A stretch of DNA of 64,000 nt from a virus: IMG/VR virus record IMGVR_UViG_3300032073_000003, positions 1 through 64,000 of that record; one strand, given 5' to 3'. This document shows positions 59,857 through 64,000 of this stretch, piece after piece. The position numbers and the translations under genes are program-made. The notes below the pieces were generated by a model. The model was given only the letters and a program-made list of their open reading frames with translations. It was not told the DNA's origin and searched no databases. Position 1 is the stretch's first letter, and every line of letters starts with the position of its first letter.

Positions 59857-60683
59857 TTCTTTTTTATTTTATTTTTATTATCATTTAAAAAATAAAAAAT
59901 GGATAAAACTTCATCTATTAAATATGGGACAGGTATTATGTCTACAGCTTTAACAATAGGATCTCCATTTTCATCTTTTTTACTTATTGGATAACCCCAT
60001 TTATCTTCACCTTCAACTTCAAAGGAAATATGGTTTAAAAAAATCTTACCAGGTTTTAGTTTAGGATTATGCTTTAATATAATATACATATAAATACTCA
60101 GTTGTAAGGCATAATGATTAAAATTACAATCATCTAAATTTGAAATTGGAGCTAACATTTTTTCAGAAACACCTTCCCAATTTACATATGATTTCATTTT
60201 AATTTGCTTATTAGTCTTATAGTCAATTATATTAACCTTACCATTAACTACTTCAACTAAATCAGATTGACCACAAATTCCTTTTGATCTTAAATAAACC
60301 ATATGTTCAGGATATACACCTGATTCTAATTTTTGTGAAGGTGCAAACTTTGTCCCTTTTTTTGTTTCTATAGGTTTAAATACTGGAACAGTTACCCCTT
60401 CTCTTTCTATTGACGCAAAAGAACATAAATCAGCTTCTCTTTGGTCATGATAAAATGACCCTAAATCAGTAGCACGTTTTGATTCATTATTCCATATTTC
60501 TTTTATAAGCTTTGGTTCAATACCAAACCATTTTGATTTTTTATTTTTACTAACTTTTTTTGCAACAGCATTTGCATCAAATGGGTTTTTAAAATAAGAA
60601 ATTAATGTAGTTACACTTACCCAATCTATTTTATCATCATCAATACTTTTATAACTATGGTCATCTGCATTAAATACTATCAT
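59853..60683 (-). CDS. PD-(D/E)XK (RecB/Cas4-like fold) nuclease
   Basis: WVSVTTLI, RATDLGSFYH, ICGQSDLV, IIDYKT, YALQLSIY motifs. Confidence 0.85.
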   Translation of the reverse strand: MIVFNADDHSYKSIDDDKIDWVSVTTLISYFKNPFDANAVAKKVSKNKKSKWFGIEPKLIKEIWNNESKRATDLGSFYHDQREADLCSFASIEREGVTVPVFKPIETKKGTKFAPSQKLESGVYPEHMVYLRSKGICGQSDLVEVVNGKVNIIDYKTNKQIKMKSYVNWEGVSEKMLAPISNLDDCNFNHYALQLSIYMYIILKHNPKLKPGKIFLNHISFEVEGEDKWGYPISKKDENGDPIVKAVDIIPVPYLIDEVLSIFYFLNDNKNKIKKK

Positions 60684-60973
60684 AATTCTTCTAATTTATC
60701 TTCTTCTTCAACTGTAACAATAGCCTTCCATTTATATAAAGGACAATCTGATGCAAGTGATCTTGTTTTAAATCCTAAAGAACATCCGCATTCATTACAA
60801 CATGGACCTGTACCTTTTACAGCACATTCATCACCCTTACTGGGACAATCATTACATATATTATATCTTAGTGTAGCAATTTCTTCTATTGTTTCATCTC
60901 TTATGACTGAATTAGTCATCCCCTCTAGAATTGCTTTTCTGTTTTGCCAAATTAATTTTAGAGTATTTTTCAT
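60680..60973 (-). CDS. Small Cys-rich Zn-finger-like protein
   Basis: R-x3-CxxC...CxxCGC...K...CPxxKW pattern. Confidence 0.7.
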   Translation of the reverse strand: MKNTLKLIWQNRKAILEGMTNSVIRDETIEEIATLRYNICNDCPSKGDECAVKGTGPCCNECGCSLGFKTRSLASDCPLYKWKAIVTVEEEDKLEEL

Positions 60974-61328
60974 TTTTAAATTCTTGTCTACTTTTTAACT
61001 CTTTTTCTATTTTTACGTTTACCTTTTTTAATCGTTTTAATTTTTCCTCAATACTCTTTTTATTATGATAAGCACCAAATGTAGAAGTATCATGGTTATC
61101 TAAAACTTTTTCATAATGGGGAATTGCATTTTTAACTTTTTTCATTTTAAGTACAAAATGACCAAGACCTTCAACATTTAGTCTTAAATCTTCTATACTT
61201 GACATTCTTTTTTTTAATGTCTTATAATAAAAATGCACTAAATCATCTACAAGTTTTTCTGAACATTCAAACTCATCTGTTATTTCTCTATATAAACTAC
61301 TTGCTTTTTTCGGTATCATTTGAAACAA
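60912..61328 (-). CDS. HU/IHF-like DNA-binding protein
   Basis: Two helices then LNVEGLGHFVLK, matching the HU signature; start may be 61319 (MIPKK). Confidence 0.6.
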   Translation of the reverse strand: MFQMIPKKASSLYREITDEFECSEKLVDDLVHFYYKTLKKRMSSIEDLRLNVEGLGHFVLKMKKVKNAIPHYEKVLDNHDTSTFGAYHNKKSIEEKLKRLKKVNVKIEKELKSRQEFKNEKYSKINLAKQKSNSRGDD

Positions 61329-61677
61329 GTTTATAGTCTAATAAAATTATACCTTTAGTCTGAATTTTTAAATTTGGATTAAGTGTAATAATTTTTTTAT
61401 TAGATTTATCTTTAATAACTAATTTATTTTTCTCAGCTTTGTTTATACTATTTCTTACAGTTTGAGGTGATTTGAAAATCCAATCCTCTTCTGAAGATGC
61501 GTCTAAACAAAAATTACTAAGTTCTATAGGTTCATTAAAACTTAAAAGAGTTAGGCAATTTAAATCAGATTCACTCATTGTTATACGATTTATATAACAA
61601 TGAGTTAGAATCTGAAATTTTACAATTTCCCATTTAGGCAACTTTACTTTTTTTTGTACTTGATTTACAAGTGCCAT
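61297..61677 (-). CDS. Putative winged-helix DNA-binding protein
   Basis: SPQTVRNSINKAEKNKLVIK recognition-helix/wing pattern followed by TLNP. Confidence 0.5.
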   Translation of the reverse strand: MALVNQVQKKVKLPKWEIVKFQILTHCYINRITMSESDLNCLTLLSFNEPIELSNFCLDASSEEDWIFKSPQTVRNSINKAEKNKLVIKDKSNKKIITLNPNLKIQTKGIILLDYKLVSNDTEKSK

Positions 61678-61988
61678 TACTCTTTTCTTAATTTTTTACT
61701 TTTACCAGTTGGTGCTTTAGTTTCTGGTTTAGTTTCGGGTTTAGGGTGTGACGGAGTTAATTGTTCATCAGACTCTTCTGGTCCTTGTACTGCAGCCATC
61801 ATATTTGCATATTGTATCTGCATATTAGCTCTTTTAAATCTTGATTCTTCTACTTCAGTGAGTAATTTTTCATACTCAGCTTGTGACTTTAAATAAGGAA
61901 GAGATTTTTCATAAAATTCTTTCATTTCATCTCTTCTTGACTCTAACTCTTCTGGAGTTAATTGATCTTCTAGTTGTTGGTTATCCAT
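61677..61988 (-). CDS. Hypothetical coiled-coil protein
   Basis: ORF track; first gene after the TTTAGTATATTTG motif. Confidence 0.65.
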   Translation of the reverse strand: MDNQQLEDQLTPEELESRRDEMKEFYEKSLPYLKSQAEYEKLLTEVEESRFKRANMQIQYANMMAAVQGPEESDEQLTPSHPKPETKPETKAPTGKSKKLRKE

Positions 61989-62010
61989 AATATGTTATTT
62001 TATATTTAAC

Positions 62011-62024
62011 ACAAATATACTAAA
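62011..62024 (-). promoter_or_regulatory. TTTAGTATATTTG motif, including a Bacteroidota -7 box (TAnnTTTG)
   Basis: Located just after terminator 62051-62081 and about 25 nt upstream of ATG 61988. Confidence 0.6.
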
Positions 62025-62050
62025 ATAGTTTAAATATCTAATGTTTAAAC

Positions 62051-62081
62051 AAAAAAAATCTAGATATACAATATACCTAGA
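62051..62081 (-). terminator. Rho-independent terminator ending the lysis cassette
   Basis: Minus strand TCTAGGTATA-TTG-TATATCTAGA followed by TTTTTTT. Confidence 0.7.
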
Positions 62082-62104
62082 CTTTATTATGAGTTAATAT
62101 TTAA

Positions 62105-62263
62105 TTATCTATTTTTTACAGTAAAATTTAAAATAGTTAATGCATAAAAATCTCTTTGATGGTCAATTTCAATTGATAAAATATCTAATAAAGATATTTT
62201 AATTCTTAAAATAAATGTTTTATAATTTGGTTTATATTTCTTCCAACCATTTCTAAATTTCAT
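62105..62263 (-). CDS. 52-aa hypothetical protein
   Basis: Not in the ORF track. Translates MKFRNGWKKYKPNYKTFILRIKISLLDILSIEIDHQRDFYALTILNFTVKNR; starts 2 nt after the amidase stop. Confidence 0.7.
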   Translation of the reverse strand: MKFRNGWKKYKPNYKTFILRIKISLLDILSIEIDHQRDFYALTILNFTVKNR

Positions 62264-62265
62264 AA

Positions 62266-62979
62266 TTAAACACTTTTAGTTTTTTCTATTTCTAGTATCA
62301 TCTCAAAATGAATTTTTGCTATTCTATCTCTACCATCTTCTGAAAGTAAATATTTATGACAGTTATCAGAGTTAGTCATAAAGAAGTTTTCAGATAGTAT
62401 TGCAGGCATTACTGTTTTTCTTAATACCCAAAAATTAGATTCCTTATCTGCATCACCATCACGAGTATCTTTTCTCATTTTTTCATCTGGAAATTCAGCT
62501 GCTGCATTCTTTGCTAAAACAGATGCTATTAGGTCTGATTTTGTTTCACCTTCTGATGTATAAACAGACCAACCATTTGCTGATTCGTCACTAAATCCAT
62601 TAGCATGAACAGAAACATAAATACAAGGTTTACCACCCTTATCATATTCTTTTCTCCAAATATCATTAGCTTTATCAGTACGTTCAGATAAAGGTACGTC
62701 TTCTTGTGTATCAACTAAATTAACACACTCAATTCCTGCATCAGTACATAATTTCATTAATCTATCCACAATACCTCTATTAAATTCACCTTCATATAGG
62801 ATTTCTCCATCAGGCCATAAAGGTGATCTTTTACCTGCTGTTTGATATACACCATCTATAATACCACCATGACCATTATCAAATAACCAAATATAGTTTG
62901 ATTCAGATGTAGAAGGTTTAGGGGTTACATTAACCTCATACTTAGCTCCACAATTAGGACATTTTATATCTTTACTCAT
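62266..62979 (-). CDS. Endolysin, N-acetylmuramoyl-L-alanine amidase (Amidase_3) with N-terminal CxxC ribbon
   Basis: LFDNGHGG, EGEFNR, VSVHANG, LSENFFMTN catalytic motifs. Confidence 0.9.
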   Translation of the reverse strand: MSKDIKCPNCGAKYEVNVTPKPSTSESNYIWLFDNGHGGIIDGVYQTAGKRSPLWPDGEILYEGEFNRGIVDRLMKLCTDAGIECVNLVDTQEDVPLSERTDKANDIWRKEYDKGGKPCIYVSVHANGFSDESANGWSVYTSEGETKSDLIASVLAKNAAAEFPDEKMRKDTRDGDADKESNFWVLRKTVMPAILSENFFMTNSDNCHKYLLSEDGRDRIAKIHFEMILEIEKTKSV

Positions 62980-62988
62980 TATTTTTTT

Positions 62989-63435
62989 TTAAAACGGTAA
63001 GATTTTTTTTATATAAAATCCTACACCTATACCACACATTAATACTAACCACCACATTCTACCAACAAATCTTAAAAAAGGACTAGATTTATTTTCAGCT
63101 TTTGTTTGTTTAGTTTCTTCTTTTTCTATTCTAACCTTAGCTTTTTCTTTTATTCTTATAGTATCTCTAATAAACTTATTTTCTATTCTAATTTCTCTAA
63201 TAGTTTTTGGAATATACACATCCTTATAAAAAACTATAGTATCTTTAGATGTAAAGAATTTTTCATAAACTATAGTATCATGTCTTATTACTGGAATAGA
63301 GTCAATTGTAGTTACTTGAATTGTATCTGATTTAACTGTTTCTTTAAGACCTTTTTTTAATGCTTTAGTGTAATGCCATTTAGCAGAGCAATTAGATAGT
63401 AATATTGATATAATTATTAAATATACTAATTTCAT
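62989..63435 (-). CDS. Spanin candidate: N-terminal lipoprotein signal plus C-terminal TM segment
   Basis: MKLVYLIIISILLSN-C signal; beta-rich DT(I/V) repeats; C-terminal WWLVLMCGIGVGFYI followed by KK. Confidence 0.6.
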   Translation of the reverse strand: MKLVYLIIISILLSNCSAKWHYTKALKKGLKETVKSDTIQVTTIDSIPVIRHDTIVYEKFFTSKDTIVFYKDVYIPKTIREIRIENKFIRDTIRIKEKAKVRIEKEETKQTKAENKSSPFLRFVGRMWWLVLMCGIGVGFYIKKILPF

Positions 63436-63611
63436 TTTTTTGGATTAATACCAATCAATGAATCTTTTGAACGTAAAAAAGTTAACCCCCATCCAAACAT
63501 AATAACAACTTCTTCCATTGGTTTTTCCATGAAATAAAGTACACAAGCACCAATACATATTAATGCGCCTAATATAGTAGTTACGAGACCACTTTTAAAT
63601 AATCTTTCCAT
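63432..63611 (-). CDS. Putative holin (59 aa, two TM segments)
   Basis: Not in the ORF track. Translates MERLFKSGLVTTILGALICIGACVLYFMEKPMEEVVIMFGWGLTFLRSKDSLIGINPKK; ATGA overlap with the next gene. Confidence 0.65.
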   Translation of the reverse strand: MERLFKSGLVTTILGALICIGACVLYFMEKPMEEVVIMFGWGLTFLRSKDSLIGINPKK

Positions 63612-63612
63612 T

Positions 63613-63942
63613 TTATTTATTTATTAATATATCTAATTTACCGTTTATTGTACTAATGCCAAGTTTTACTTCTGTTATTTCTGCATTAATAGCATCAAGT
63701 TCTGTTTTATTTTTTTCTTCAGTTTTTTCTGTTCGAGTATGAATTGCTGTAAATTTTTTAAACATAATACTTTCATTTTTTTCTAGATCTTTTTTCATCT
63801 GTCTAATCTTTGCATCCATTTCTTTATCATGTACTATCATCTTCCAATAAAAACCAACAGCAGCTCCAACTCCGGTAACAATATATATAACATCTTTTAA
63901 TGCAAATGTTGCATCCATTGCTGTAATCTGTAGTAAATCCAT
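63613..63942 (-). CDS. Single-TM coiled-coil membrane protein (holin/antiholin or i-spanin-like)
   Basis: VIYIVTGVGAAVGFYW TM followed by a heptad coiled coil; first visible gene of the lysis cassette. Confidence 0.55.
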   Translation of the reverse strand: MDLLQITAMDATFALKDVIYIVTGVGAAVGFYWKMIVHDKEMDAKIRQMKKDLEKNESIMFKKFTAIHTRTEKTEEKNKTELDAINAEITEVKLGISTINGKLDILINK

Positions 63943-64000
63943 CCCTTCTGTTTTTTATATTTTTAAAATTGATAACCGTTTAATACAAATTCTCTTACTA

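Larger units (their letters stand above)
1..64000 (-). mobile_element. crAss-like (Crassvirales-type) bacteriophage genome segment: lysis, packaging, head, tail and ejected-cargo modules
   Basis: Unidirectional, densely packed genes in the crAss-like order terminase - portal - scaffold - MCP - ring proteins - IHF-like - muzzle - giant cargo proteins. No host housekeeping genes and no integrase seen. Confidence 0.9.

Noticed and set aside
59853-60683. Cas4-like nuclease as evidence of a CRISPR system
   Set aside because: No repeat-spacer array or other cas genes are present, and no Fe-S Cys cluster pattern is seen. Solo PD-(D/E)XK nucleases next to terminase are usual in crAss-like phages.
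39528-62266. tRNA or rRNA genes in intergenic gaps
   Set aside because: Gaps are under about 200 nt and are explained by terminators, promoter motifs and micro-ORFs. No cloverleaf or TTCGA T-loop pattern was found.
1566-63330. Plus-strand ORFs in the track (e.g. 1566-1856, 39941-40402, 60657-60998)
   Set aside because: All are short and antisense to long minus-strand genes, with composition typical of shadow frames in AT-rich DNA.
1-64000. Stop-codon reassignment (TAG or TGA), which is common in crAss-like phages
   Set aside because: Genes up to 2466 aa are intact under the standard code and tile the minus strand with minimal gaps. The stops I checked are TAA, or TGA in ATGA overlaps.
63963-64000. 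3' end of an upstream gene (...VREFVLNGYQF-stop)
   Set aside because: Only about 12 codons are visible, too short to call.

Overview
This is a 64-kb, very AT-rich segment of a crAss-like (Crassvirales-type) tailed phage. The probable host is an environmental Bacteroidota, inferred from A-rich leaders without Shine-Dalgarno sites, TAnnTTTG-like boxes and gene content. All credible genes lie on the minus strand. Reading from high to low coordinates, the order is: lysis cassette (TM/coiled-coil protein, 2-TM holin, lipoprotein spanin candidate, Amidase_3), small DNA-binding genes, PD-(D/E)XK nuclease, terminase, portal, scaffold-like protein, major capsid protein, ring/adaptor genes with a ferritin-like gene, Cys-rich fibre/decoration proteins, IHF-like protein, ring proteins, muzzle/tail-stabilisation protein, and about 31.7 kb of seven giant putative ejected cargo proteins. 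The last of these runs off the window and carries a zincin motif. The most unusual feature is in four cargo genes (13.7-31.7 kb), which share a repeated peptide grammar: xxGG-(E/Q/D)LP(K/E)A(Q/K/W)xG delimiters and a C-terminal EL-x3-EI-x2-Y-x-xGG/W tag. In the two largest of them the delimiters separate roughly 1-kb modules that resemble an ADP-ribosyltransferase, a SET methyltransferase, a zincin protease and a protein kinase. This suggests a polyprotein effector-cassette system. All family assignments come from motif recognition by eye, not database searches.
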